Positions 1-9,136 of a DNA stretch of 64,000 nt are shown in pieces. Every line of letters starts with the position of its first letter. Positions within the stretch are counted from its first letter, which is position 1. The position numbers and the translations under genes were made by a program. Origin of the DNA: Aulosira sp. ZfuVER01 (GTDB lineage: Bacteria; Cyanobacteriota; Cyanobacteriia; Cyanobacteriales; Nostocaceae); assembly GCA_034530615.2 (NCBI GenBank), contig JAVRCV020000073.1, positions 160,001 to 224,000 on the forward strand. Direction: 5' to 3'. The notes beneath the pieces were generated by a model. That model was not told the origin of the DNA. It did not search any database and was given only the letters and a program-made list of their open reading frames with translations.

Positions 1-22
1 TAAAATAATGGGGAAAAATAGA

Positions 23-817
23 CTAAATAATCGACCGAATCACGCCACCATCTACACGTAAAGCGGCGCCATTAGTTGCCGAAGCCAGAGGACTAGCTAG
101 GTAAACGACGATCGCGGCGACTTCTTCACAAGTTGCAAAGCGTTTGAGCAGGGAAGTGGGACGCAGAGTCCGGAAAAATTCTGCCTCGGCTTCGCTGGGA
201 GTAACACCGCGTTCTTGCGCTATCTGGGTGATAAATTCTTCCACACCTTCTGAGCGAGTCGGCCCTGGTAATACAGAGTTCACCGTTACCCCAGTACCTA
301 CACTCATCTCTGCTAAACCTCTGGCGATCGCTAGCTGAGATGTCTTGGTCATGCCATAGTGAATCATTTCTACAGGAATCTGCACCGCAGACTCACTGGA
401 AATAAAAATTATTCGCCCCCAATTCTGCTGCTGCATCTTTTGCAGATATTGCCGGCTTAAACGAACACCGCTAAGTACGTTAACCTCAAATATATTCAAC
501 CAGTCTTCGTCAGCGATATCAAAAAATCCTTTTGGCTCGTAAATTCCGAGATTGTTAACCAAGATATCGACGTGAGGAACTTCCGCAAATAGTTGCTTAA
601 TTCCTTCTTGTGTCCCTAAATCCGCAACTACACCCGAAACTTTAGCTTGCGGATGACTGTGCTGAATTTTAGCGATCGCTTCTGTAACCCGTGCAGCAGA
701 TCGCCCATTAACTATGACTGATGCACCTTCTTGTACCAGCGCTTGTGCAATGGCTAAACCAATACCTGCGGTTGAGCCACTCACCAGCGCGGATTTACCT
801 TGTAATTTTAAGTCCAT
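23..817 (-). CDS. Short-chain dehydrogenase/reductase (SDR)
   Basis: SGSTAGIG Rossmann motif, NNLG and YGMTK (YxxxK). Start moved from 895 to ATG 817 (MDLKLQGK), which follows an AGGAG; the longer N-terminus is translated repeat DNA. Confidence 0.9.
   Translation of the reverse strand: MDLKLQGKSALVSGSTAGIGLAIAQALVQEGASVIVNGRSAARVTEAIAKIQHSHPQAKVSGVVADLGTQEGIKQLFAEVPHVDILVNNLGIYEPKGFFDIADEDWLNIFEVNVLSGVRLSRQYLQKMQQQNWGRIIFISSESAVQIPVEMIHYGMTKTSQLAIARGLAEMSVGTGVTVNSVLPGPTRSEGVEEFITQIAQERGVTPSEAEAEFFRTLRPTSLLKRFATCEEVAAIVVYLASPLASATNGAALRVDGGVIRSII
324..331. repeat. HIP1 octamer GCGATCGC (example copy; many throughout the window)
   Basis: Also at 672-679, 1550-1557, 12569-12576 and dozens of other sites. 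Confidence 0.95.
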
Positions 818-829
818 TTGATTCTCCTG

Positions 830-942
830 GGAGAGAAGGAAAGACAAGGGAAGGGAGTGTGGGAGAGGGTGGGGAGTGTGGGGAGAAATAACCAATGACT
901 CTTGACCCTGGACTCTTGACTCTTAACCCTTGACCCTTGATT
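830..942. repeat. Purine-rich short repeats (GGGAGTGTG-like) plus TGACTCT/TGACCCT heptamer tandem repeats (STRR-like)
   Basis: Visible directly. Similar tracts occur at 51243-51340 and 63170-63268. Confidence 0.75.
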
Positions 943-998
943 TTGAAGAAACAAAGATTCCCCCCACTCAAGTCTTATAATTAGCCCACTCTAAGCGG

Positions 999-1331
999 TT
1001 AACTTTGGGAAATATGCTGTGCTAAAGTCTTAGTCAAAGTGGTTTTGGGCACGGCTCCCACGACCGTATCGACTTGTCGGCCTCCCTTAAATACCATGAG
1101 CGTGGGAATACTCCGAATACCATAGTGACTGGCGACGGTGGGATTTTGATCTGTGTTCAGTTTCACCACTTTCACCTGGCCATCGTATTCGGTAGCGACC
1201 TCATCGACAACCGGAGCGACCATTCTGCAAGGGCCGCACCAAGGTGCCCAAAAGTCTACTAAGACGGGAACTTGGCTTTCAAGGACTTCTTGCTTAAATG
1301 TGGCTTCCGTGACATTTGTAACGGATGACAT
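999..1331 (-). CDS. trxA2: Thioredoxin (TrxA2-like)
   Basis: WCGPC active site, 110 aa, AGGAGG RBS; divergent from a RexT-like regulator as in Anabaena PCC 7120. Confidence 0.9.
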   Translation of the reverse strand: MSSVTNVTEATFKQEVLESQVPVLVDFWAPWCGPCRMVAPVVDEVATEYDGQVKVVKLNTDQNPTVASHYGIRSIPTLMVFKGGRQVDTVVGAVPKTTLTKTLAQHISQS

Positions 1332-1355
1332 AATCGTCCTCCTGATTTAATTCTA

Positions 1356-1376
1356 TTATTCGATATTATCGAATAA
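1356..1376. promoter_or_regulatory. Perfect 10-1-10 palindrome TTATTCGATA-T-TATCGAATAA; probable RexT operator
   Basis: Perfect inverted repeat in the 80-bp gap between the divergent trxA2 and rexT genes. Confidence 0.75.
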
Positions 1377-1411
1377 GTAAAATATATGCGATTTTATGAG
1401 ATAGTGCAACT

Positions 1412-1762
1412 ATGAGATTTTTGTATCATCCAGATCGAAAAGATATTTCTTTAGCAGGAGTGCTATATGCCTTAGGCGATCCGGTAAGGCTAGAGATTGT
1501 GCGGCTTCTAGCGACTCAGGGGGAGCAGTGCTGTGCTGGGTTTGATTTTGCGATCGCCAAATCAACCATGTCAAATCACTTTAAGATTTTGCGGGAGTCG
1601 GGGGTAGTATTAACTCATAAAGAAGGAACCCAGCACATCAATAGATTGCGACGTGAGGATTTAGAGGTGCTGTTTCCGGGATTGTTGGAAGCAGTTTTGC
1701 GATCGGCTCAACCATTAAATATATGCGCTTCGGCTGATAAACAAACAGCCTCAAAAGCCTAA
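1412..1762 (+). CDS. rexT: ArsR/SmtB-family redox-sensing repressor RexT
   Basis: ArsR wHTH (ALGDPVRLEIV...STMSNHFKILRESG); Cys at positions 40, 41 and 105 as described for RexT; divergent from thioredoxin. Confidence 0.85.
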   Translation: MRFLYHPDRKDISLAGVLYALGDPVRLEIVRLLATQGEQCCAGFDFAIAKSTMSNHFKILRESGVVLTHKEGTQHINRLRREDLEVLFPGLLEAVLRSAQPLNICASADKQTASKA

Positions 1763-1954
1763 GCTTAGTAACGCTTTATCTCAATTCATAGCGATTTTAA
1801 ACGCAGAGAGAAGCCGGAGGGGCTGTTTCCGCCGATCTGAATCAGATAGTACAGCTTTACACAAGTTTCTAACCAAAGTGTAAGCAAGTGTAAAGACTGC
1901 ACCTGTGACGCTACTATAGTTAGGATTAGATTGATATGTAATCTAGACTTAGAA

Positions 1955-2146
1955 TCAAGAGAGTTTGTAATCAGAGTTAGAACATTGCCTAATTTGATAT
2001 TCTCTTAATGCTCCACTAGTAATTACAGTTCTTCTATCTCTTCTAAAAGTAGGGATTTGACCTTTCTGCACAGCCACATACAAATCACTCTGACTCATGC
2101 CTAGACGTTTTGCTGCCTCTGCCAGTGAAATACCTTGCTTGAGCAT
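1955..2146 (-). CDS. Small excisionase-like (HTH_17/MerR-type) DNA-binding protein
   Basis: SLAEAAKRLGMSQSDLYVAVQKGQIP matches the HTH_17 pattern; 63 aa. Confidence 0.65.
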   Translation of the reverse strand: MLKQGISLAEAAKRLGMSQSDLYVAVQKGQIPTFRRDRRTVITSGALREYQIRQCSNSDYKLS

Positions 2147-2389
2147 AAGAGGTTACTTTTCCTTGCAATCGTAATTAGATTGCTATCTAAGCAAATCCTA
2201 ACAGAGTATTAAACGATATTAAGAAATGTAACATTTGGGCTGCTTATAGACATAATAAATATTTCTTATCAGCTTCAGCCTTTGTCTCTATTTATAGCTT
2301 TAGCTAAAAATTAAATTCTTATATATATCTGTTACGTTACCTTACAGACAATGGCAACTCTTATACTGCAATAGATTGGAGTTTTAGTC

Positions 2390-2540
2390 ATGACAGGTTT
2401 TAACAAACCTATAGCTCCTGTTTTAGATGACCGCAACGCTGCACGTTTTGGGTTCACTCCCCAAAGTGAAAATGGGAACAGTCGTTTTGATTAAAGTTTT
2501 TTCTGGACAAGGCTTCCTTCATTTTTGGGGAATCTTGTAA
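2390..2540 (+). pseudogene. High-light-inducible protein (Hli/SCP) pseudogene with internal deletion and frameshift
   Basis: ATG 2390 gives MTGFNKPIAPVLDDRNAARFGFTPQSENGNSRFD* (stop ends 2494). A shifted frame gives IKVFSGQGFLHFWGIL* (ends 2540). The AMIGF helix core that normally follows ExxNxR is missing. Confidence 0.8.
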
Positions 2541-2567
2541 ATTGATGTAGGCTTTTTCGCCTTCACT

Positions 2568-2602
2568 CAATGGTGCTCGGTTCACTTAGAACCGAGCATT
2601 GA
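2568..2602. terminator. Stem-loop between convergent genes (TGCTCGGTTC/GAACCGAGCA)
   Basis: 10-bp perfect stem extended by CAAT/ATTG and followed by a T-rich tract. Confidence 0.6.
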
Positions 2603-2604
2603 TT

Positions 2605-2895
2605 TTATATAGCAGTAATTTTGCTGCTTTCCTGGATATTACTTACGCAAGAATTGATGTGTGAACGGATAGCCCGCTCATAAACTATAGTCTGCTTTGT
2701 CGGTCTTCCTACAAGCTGATATATCAGTTTAATTTCAGGAAATTCATCCCAATGCATTAAAAAAATATCATTGCCGGGAGTAGTAATTTCATAATTATTC
2801 TCTTGTCTTTTCTTGCGAAACCTACAATTATTTAGTTTTAATTTTTCTCTAAATAATTTTTCAAATTCTGGAATTAAATTGGAAGTATTACTCAT
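2605..2895 (-). CDS. Hypothetical protein (96 aa)
   Basis: ATG-started ORF with protein-like composition ending at a stem-loop; no motif recognised. Confidence 0.6.
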   Translation of the reverse strand: MSNTSNLIPEFEKLFREKLKLNNCRFRKKRQENNYEITTPGNDIFLMHWDEFPEIKLIYQLVGRPTKQTIVYERAIRSHINSCVSNIQESSKITAI

Positions 2896-3198
2896 GCTTT
2901 CTCACTTGAATGTATTACTTAGGCAAACAATATCTCGTGATTTATCTAAGTATGACACCTGAGTTACCTATTTGCATAGTATGTCAGTAAAAGAGTCCAC
3001 CTTTTCAGGAGAACGAAAGTATATATGGTAGTAACTAATTATTGTTTTTTCATAAATATCAGAAAACAATAATTGAAGTAGAAAACTTAAACTGAAATTT
3101 AACCAAGCTTTTGGGCGATGATCTATCTGTCGCAATCATTTTTCAAATTGGTACTAATTAGTTACGAACTTCGGAAATCATGTATTTAGACGTACCAA

Positions 3199-4002
3199 TT
3201 AACCAATTTGGGGTGGTCGAAAATTATAAATATCGCAAATTACTTGTACCCAACCATCAGAGACAGATTCGAGGATGCGATCGCCTTTTTCTTTGGTAGC
3301 AGGTATAGGATCGCCAATGACTCCGCTTTTGCTGATATCCCGCGTTACCCAAGCCACAGGTAATTGACCTTCCCAACTCAGCAAATTACTTTGAGATTGT
3401 TCTGGCGGATACTCAGCCACAGCTTTATCTAGTTTTACCTGCTCTGGTAAAAGTGCCAACATCAGACTAGTTTCAGCATCTCCGGCGTGCATACCTAATT
3501 TTGCTTCCTTGGGAGTGAGTAATTCTTTAGTAATATTAGGCACACGCCATGTAAACAAAGGAAATACCGAAAAGTCACCATACTTAACGTGTAAATCCCG
3601 CGCTGCCATTTGCATGACTTGAGGCTGTCCGCCGTGGGAGTTCATCAACACTAATTTTCTAAATCCAGCACGATAAATACTGTCTCCCACCTCCATAATG
3701 ATTGCCGTGAGTGTTTCTGTACTCAGGGTAATCGTGCCGGGAAAGTGCCAGTGTTCGTTGGATTTACCATAGTTAATACTGGGCAAAGCATAAGCAGGAA
3801 TACTAGAGTCAAGTTTTGCCAAGGCTTTCCCCAACACTCCAACGCCGATTGCAGCATCGACAATTAGCGGTAGATGGGGGCCATGTTGTTCAATTGCTCC
3901 TACTGGTTGGATAATTACCACATTTTCCTTATCTGGCATCGCTTGGATGTCAGTCCAACTGAGGTAGGGAAAAAAGCGTTTTGGGGGTATGAAGCTATGC
4001 AT
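3199..4002 (-). CDS. Creatininase (creatinine amidohydrolase) family protein
   Basis: EQHGPHLP..D, NSHGG and HAG..ETS metal-binding motifs. Confidence 0.9.
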   Translation of the reverse strand: MHSFIPPKRFFPYLSWTDIQAMPDKENVVIIQPVGAIEQHGPHLPLIVDAAIGVGVLGKALAKLDSSIPAYALPSINYGKSNEHWHFPGTITLSTETLTAIIMEVGDSIYRAGFRKLVLMNSHGGQPQVMQMAARDLHVKYGDFSVFPLFTWRVPNITKELLTPKEAKLGMHAGDAETSLMLALLPEQVKLDKAVAEYPPEQSQSNLLSWEGQLPVAWVTRDISKSGVIGDPIPATKEKGDRILESVSDGWVQVICDIYNFRPPQIG

Positions 4003-4099
4003 CTGACTAATATCGCGCCATTTTCATCTTACCTGCTGGGTTAGGCGATTTTAATTATGGGGATTTCTCTGTTACCCCTTGCCTGTTCCCCGTTTCCTT

Positions 4100-4843
4100 T
4101 TAATTGCTAGTTAATAAAGAGGCCAGAAGCTCAGGACAAGACAGATGCGGGCAATGGCCAGCAGCTAGCTCAATGGCATCAACTCCTAAGCGCTTGCGTG
4201 CAGCGTAACGTGACCATGCAGGAGACAGTATTCGGTCATTGGTACAAACAATATATTTACACTCAACTGAAGGCAAAGCTTTGAGAGGATTCATTTCAAA
4301 AATATATGCCATAGATTGTTGCGAACGCCTTTTCGCGATTGCCCACTGTGCCACATCCGGTTGACAATCATGATAGAAAAAACCCCTTAATACTGCTGCG
4401 TCAGAAAAATCTTGCCCTACGGAAGCTGGTTCAAACATATCAGGCTCATTGTGGAATTGTTCGAGTTTAGTAGGGTCTTTTGCCTGGTAATTGAATGATT
4501 TGAGCATCTCCGAATCAAGATGATGAGCAAATTGGTCGAGTGTACTGATTCCAGGAGATGGGATCAGCGCTGCTACAAACACTAGTTGACGCACTTTTAC
4601 CACTTCTGCAACCAGAGGAATTATCGTACCAGCCATTGAGTGACCAACTAGCACAATATCATCATCAGTTTTTGGCAGCGCTTGAATAACTGCATCCGCA
4701 AATTGAGACAAAGTAGTAGATGCATTTTCAATTGGCAAATCCATTGCTACAGTTTTGTGACCCTGCGCTTCTAAGTAGGGAATTAGCAAATTCCAACACC
4801 AGGCACCTTGAAAAGCACCGTGAACTAGACAAAAAAGACTCAT
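4100..4843 (-). CDS. Alpha/beta hydrolase (esterase, Abhydrolase_6-like)
   Basis: LVHGA oxyanion motif, GHSMAG nucleophile elbow, D and GH triad residues. Confidence 0.9.
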   Translation of the reverse strand: MSLFCLVHGAFQGAWCWNLLIPYLEAQGHKTVAMDLPIENASTTLSQFADAVIQALPKTDDDIVLVGHSMAGTIIPLVAEVVKVRQLVFVAALIPSPGISTLDQFAHHLDSEMLKSFNYQAKDPTKLEQFHNEPDMFEPASVGQDFSDAAVLRGFFYHDCQPDVAQWAIAKRRSQQSMAYIFEMNPLKALPSVECKYIVCTNDRILSPAWSRYAARKRLGVDAIELAAGHCPHLSCPELLASLLTSN

Positions 4844-5118
4844 ATAAATGGAATAGTGGTAATTGTGGACGAATTTTCTGACTTGTCTTATTTTTCAGCA
4901 AATTTTAAACCTTGACTAGTTTTGATTTTAGATTGCCGATTTTAGCAACTTTGCTATGCCAATATGGTTGGAGTGTGACACCAAAGTATGAGACGATCGC
5001 TGCTGTACAACCAGCATTTAAAATCGCGATCGCGTAGACTTGTAACAATGTTTTAAGATTTTCTAAAATTGTTATCTAGAATACCAACTATTAATAGAAC
5101 GGGTGATATTGTTTATTT

Positions 5119-5190
5119 GTGTGTGAGGAGCAAGTTAAAACGAAAAGCACCTGGGGTGGAAACACGGCAACACTCCCGGGTGTTTTTTGT
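5119..5190 (+). ncRNA. yfr2: Yfr2-family small RNA
   Basis: 5' GTGTGTGAGGAG motif followed by a stem (AAAAGCACCTGGGGTG / CACTCCCGGGTGTTTTT) closing a GGAAACACGGCAACAC loop region and a T-run. These are the hallmark elements of cyanobacterial Yfr2. Ends approximate. Confidence 0.7.
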
Positions 5191-5253
5191 TTCATTTAGA
5201 CAAATAATTGCTTTTACTTAAGATATACAAAAGCTAATATCTTGTTGCTAAAT

Positions 5254-6150
5254 TTAGGGATCAAAGGCGGTCAGCTCACGAATTACATTAAGAAATTCCT
5301 GCAACACAGGTGAAGAATCTTCTTGTCGCCACACGACTACAATCTCTCGTATAAGATTTGCACCTTTGATAGGTCTGTAAACGACACCTGTGCGTTGAAG
5401 ATTTTGAACATTGCTAGGTAGAAGTGCAACTCCTACACCGCCAGCAACTAAACTGAGAACGGTAATCATCCAAGTTGCTTCTTGCACTACCTTAGGGAAA
5501 AAACCAGCTTGCTGACAGAGGTTAATAATCTCAGTGTAGGAAGGAACGATTTCTGGGGAAGGTAAAACAAAAGGCTCATCAGCTATTGCTTTGAGAGGAA
5601 TTTCCGCTTGGGTGGTGAGGGGATGTGTTTGAGGTAATGCAATCACCAAAGACTCGCGCACAATTGGCAGATAGCTCAAGGTAGCATCCTGTTGATGAGA
5701 ATGGGGTAAGCGGTCAAATCCAATATCAAGACGGCGATTATGCAGTTCTTGAATCTGTTCGGAAGCTGTGAGTTCGCGTAAGACTAGTTTTACATGAGGA
5801 AAGCGATCGCGGAATGTTCGCAGCAGATCGGGTAAAAGGCTATTAGCAATTGAACTGTTAGTACCAACTACCAATTGTCCAATTTCGCCGCGACTGGCTC
5901 GTTGTGTTTGTAAAATTGCACGTTCGAGTTGAGTTAAAACTAACCGTGCTTCTTCTAAAAATACTTGTCCCGCAGATGTAAGTTGTAGCGGACGCTTTTT
6001 GCGATCGAGCAGTTTCACACCGATTTCATCTTCGAGGGCGCTAATCTGCTGGCTGAGGGGAGGTTGGGCTATATGCAGACGTTGAGCTGCGTAGCTAAAA
6101 TTCTTTTCTTCAGCCACAGCAATAAAGTAGCGCAGATGTCGAAGTTCCAT
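5254..6150 (-). CDS. LysR-family transcriptional regulator
   Basis: MELRHLRYFIAVAEE...AQPPLSQQI HTH and a LysR substrate-binding domain. Confidence 0.95.
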   Translation of the reverse strand: MELRHLRYFIAVAEEKNFSYAAQRLHIAQPPLSQQISALEDEIGVKLLDRKKRPLQLTSAGQVFLEEARLVLTQLERAILQTQRASRGEIGQLVVGTNSSIANSLLPDLLRTFRDRFPHVKLVLRELTASEQIQELHNRRLDIGFDRLPHSHQQDATLSYLPIVRESLVIALPQTHPLTTQAEIPLKAIADEPFVLPSPEIVPSYTEIINLCQQAGFFPKVVQEATWMITVLSLVAGGVGVALLPSNVQNLQRTGVVYRPIKGANLIREIVVVWRQEDSSPVLQEFLNVIRELTAFDP

Positions 6151-6299
6151 TGCTTAGTATGACTACTATATTTTTTATATATAGTGTACTTGTTACAAAA
6201 GTATCTTCAATATAGTTGCTTTCCTTTTATAGTTACAGATAAAGACGGTTAGTCAAGATTCGTGTAACGTGTAGGTTTATTGGGGCGATCGCTATAAGT

Positions 6300-7184
6300 A
6301 TGAGCAAAATCAAGCGTGTTGTGATTGTCGGTGGAACTCACGGAAATGAACTGACAGGAATTTATTTAGTCAAAAAATTTGAGCGATCGCCTCATCTAAT
6401 TCAGCGCTCAAGTTTTGAAAGTCTGACGCTGATTGCAAATCCTAAAGCGTATGCGATCGGTAAAAGGTATGTTGATACTGACCTGAATCGCTGTTTTCTC
6501 CGCCAAGATTTAGAAAACCCTAATTTGTCTAGCTATGAAGCACAACAAGCAAAGATAATTTATCAAACCTTTGGCGATCAAGGTAGCCAGCCAGCAGATT
6601 TTGTGATTGATTTACACAGTTCTACAGCTAATATGGGACTGTCTATTATTTTAGCTAATGAGAATTTATTAAATATTCGATTAGCAGCTTATCTCACATC
6701 AATAAATCCAAAAGTTAAAGTACTATATTCAACAAGTAGAAATCAAGACAGACCTCATCTAGATTCTATTTGTGAATTTGGCTGTACCCTGGAAGTTGGT
6801 GCAGTTGCTCAAAATGTGTTGGATGCTGCCTTATTTCAGGAAACTGAAGAAATTGTTTGCGCAATTTTAGATTATTTAGAAGCCTATAATCAAGGAAATC
6901 CGCCGCTAGGAAAAGATACCATCAGCGTTTATCACAGTATTCAAACAATCGATTATCCCAGAAATGAGTTAGGAGAAATGCAGGCAATGATTCATCCTCA
7001 ACTGCAATTTAGGGATTATCAAGCACTTCATCCGGGAGAGCCAATTTTTTTAACCTTTGAGGGTAAGGAAATTGTTTATGAAGGCGACTTCACTGTGTAC
7101 CCAGTTTTTATTAACGAAGCTGCTTATTACGAAAAAGGTATTGCAATGTGTATAACGCAACTAAGCCATAAAAATATTACTTGA
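6300..7184 (+). CDS. Aspartoacylase (AstE/AspA-family Zn hydrolase)
   Basis: GGTHGNE, DLNR, DLHS and FINEAAYYEK motifs. Confidence 0.9.
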   Translation: MSKIKRVVIVGGTHGNELTGIYLVKKFERSPHLIQRSSFESLTLIANPKAYAIGKRYVDTDLNRCFLRQDLENPNLSSYEAQQAKIIYQTFGDQGSQPADFVIDLHSSTANMGLSIILANENLLNIRLAAYLTSINPKVKVLYSTSRNQDRPHLDSICEFGCTLEVGAVAQNVLDAALFQETEEIVCAILDYLEAYNQGNPPLGKDTISVYHSIQTIDYPRNELGEMQAMIHPQLQFRDYQALHPGEPIFLTFEGKEIVYEGDFTVYPVFINEAAYYEKGIAMCITQLSHKNIT

Positions 7185-7263
7185 AGAGAGTCAAAAGACA
7201 AGAGTCAAGACTTATAGTTATTTCTCCCTTCCCTTGTCCTCCTGCCTTCTGCCTTATTTTTGT

Positions 7264-7992
7264 CTAACTCTTCACAAACGTCCACTCCAATATTTTGATG
7301 GGGGCTTCTTGGAGTGCTTGAGAAAGTTCAGTGCTGCTTTTAAATTTCAATTGTGATACATCGCAAGCTTCTATATTGACTGTAAATTTCTCATCCTCAA
7401 AAGGCCAAGGTTTGACTGTTACCAAGGAATCGCTGCGCTGCATAATGTCGTAACGTTCTTCGTCAGGGCCTTTGCTAATTTCTAACCATCGCTCATCAGC
7501 AGGTAGTTCTTGTTGACACAGAATCAGAGATAAGCGATCGCACCATTGCATAAATGCATAAGCAGCATCTACATCTGTCTTGTCAATACCCAATTCCTTT
7601 TGCCAAAGTTCTTGATTCTCCAATTGCTCATCTAAAAATTTGTCTAATTCTGGAATCTCGCCACGTTTTGACTCATGGAGCCGACTCATGTGCTTAGAAA
7701 TTAATAAAGCTACCCATCTTCCCCGATAGCGAGCATTTTTCACCAAATTAGCAATTTTCTTTACATCGGTGTCTTGACTTAGGGTGAAGTCCATTGGCGC
7801 ACCAGCTTCAGTTAAAATATCCTCTTCCCATTCTTTCTCTAAATCGTCATGGTGGGAAATTGCAGCTAAGGTTTCATATAACCTTGCTGGAGCATTTTTG
7901 CGCCGCCACTGTCCCGCTAATTGAGCTGCTAATAAAGCGTGTGCCCGATGATAAATAATTTCCCAACCATTGGGTGTAGCATTAACAATCAC
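7264..7992 (-). CDS. DUF3891-like protein
   Basis: N-terminal HRAHALLAAQLA, AISHHDD and CDRLSLILC patterns; lies downstream of Mn-catalase. Confidence 0.7.
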   Translation of the reverse strand: MIVNATPNGWEIIYHRAHALLAAQLAGQWRRKNAPARLYETLAAISHHDDLEKEWEEDILTEAGAPMDFTLSQDTDVKKIANLVKNARYRGRWVALLISKHMSRLHESKRGEIPELDKFLDEQLENQELWQKELGIDKTDVDAAYAFMQWCDRLSLILCQQELPADERWLEISKGPDEERYDIMQRSDSLVTVKPWPFEDEKFTVNIEACDVSQLKFKSSTELSQALQEAPIKILEWTFVKS

Positions 7993-8036
7993 TAGTTAAT
8001 TCTCCATAATTTAAATTCTAAATTTTCGCCTGAAAA

Positions 8037-8069
8037 ATGAGCCAGTGAGTTAACTTCTAACTGGCTCAT
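8037..8069. terminator. Intercistronic stem-loop after katB
   Basis: ATGAGCCAGT / ACTGGCTCAT 10-bp inverted repeat. Confidence 0.55.
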
Positions 8070-8091
8070 CTTATTCTCCTAATTCAGTTAA

Positions 8092-8784
8092 TTAGGAGTG
8101 CTTTTGCAGCGGATCGGCAATGTATTTGAATGTTGGCTCGGAATTCCAAGGGCCGCGCTCATCATGACCATTACCATTTGTAGATAGGTTGTAGTAGAGA
8201 GCAACAGTTTCATCAGGCTGAATATTACCAAATATTGGATCTGTCAATTTACCCAGAGAATCTAATGCTTTCATAAACATCTGGGTATGAGATATTTCTC
8301 TAGTTAACAGATGTACCAAAGTCTTTTTAGTTCCATCATCTGTTGCTAGTTTGATCAACTCTTCGTAAGTCTGACGTGCTCCAGCTTCGGCTGCAATATT
8401 CGCTCTCAGGTCACGTACCACATCTCCACCCTCGTTCAAATAACTTGCAGTCCAAGCATTACCCTGGCTATCTAGAAAATGAGGGCCTATTCCTCGGACA
8501 GCAAAGAGAGTACTCTTATAAGCCTCTGTTTGATCTGTATTTTTGGTATGAGCCTCGATGAGTTTACCCACCATTTCTAAATGGCTAAACTCCTCGATCG
8601 CAATGTCTTGCAGCATATCTTTAATGCCAGCATTTTCGACATGGAAAGATTGCACCCAGTATTGTAGAGCAGCTGAAAGTTCTCCTGTGGCTCCACCAAA
8701 CTGTTCTAGGAGTAACTGCGCAAAACGAGGATTGGCATCACTAACGTTTACTGCGTGAATCGGTTCTTTTTTATGAAAAAACAT
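8092..8784 (-). CDS. katB: Manganese catalase KatB
   Basis: EQFGGATGE, EEFSHLE and REISH di-Mn ligand motifs; closely resembles Anabaena KatB. Confidence 0.93.
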   Translation of the reverse strand: MFFHKKEPIHAVNVSDANPRFAQLLLEQFGGATGELSAALQYWVQSFHVENAGIKDMLQDIAIEEFSHLEMVGKLIEAHTKNTDQTEAYKSTLFAVRGIGPHFLDSQGNAWTASYLNEGGDVVRDLRANIAAEAGARQTYEELIKLATDDGTKKTLVHLLTREISHTQMFMKALDSLGKLTDPIFGNIQPDETVALYYNLSTNGNGHDERGPWNSEPTFKYIADPLQKHS

Positions 8785-8857
8785 GTCGCTTTTCTTCCTG
8801 AAACAATGATGTGGTTAAAGTGACTTGCTTCTCTACTTTTTGACCTGCCAATTCAAA

Positions 8858-9136
8858 CTAGACCCTGCTGCTTCTGCTCAACAGTCCCCATAGGTAAATG
8901 GCAATAATTGCACCAAGTACAGCTATAAAAAGACCTGTCAGACTAAAACCAGCACCAGCGGCAGTTAATTGTAGAGTTCCTGTTTGTAAAAGTGTGTAAA
9001 GACTTCCACCAATGAAAGCTCCGACAATACCTAAAACCATTGTCGAGAGAATTCCGCCACCCTGATAACCTGGATAAATTGCTTTCGCGATCGCACCAGC
9101 TAGAAGTCCTAAAACAACCCAAGCAATAATATTCAT
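8858..9136 (-). CDS. GlsB/YeaQ/YmgE-family stress-response membrane protein
   Basis: MNIIAWVVLGLLAGAIAKAIYPG...GIVGAFIGG pattern; start set to ATG 9136 after GAGG. Confidence 0.85.
   Translation of the reverse strand: MNIIAWVVLGLLAGAIAKAIYPGYQGGGILSTMVLGIVGAFIGGSLYTLLQTGTLQLTAAGAGFSLTGLFIAVLGAIIAIYLWGLLSRSSRV

Noticed and set aside
818..895. N-terminal extension of the SDR ORF (MVISPHTPHPLPH...)
   Set aside because: Translated repeat DNA; the RBS and domain start point to ATG 817.
1955..2895. Small HTH gene plus 96-aa hypothetical as a prophage or toxin-antitoxin module
   Set aside because: They are separated by the hli pseudogene and a terminator; no toxin, integrase or phage motifs.
3199..4843. 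Creatininase plus hydrolase as a mycofactocin/RiPP cluster
   Set aside because: No precursor peptide, RRE or radical-SAM maturase adjacent; the only radical SAM gene is a typical HemN about 25 kb away.
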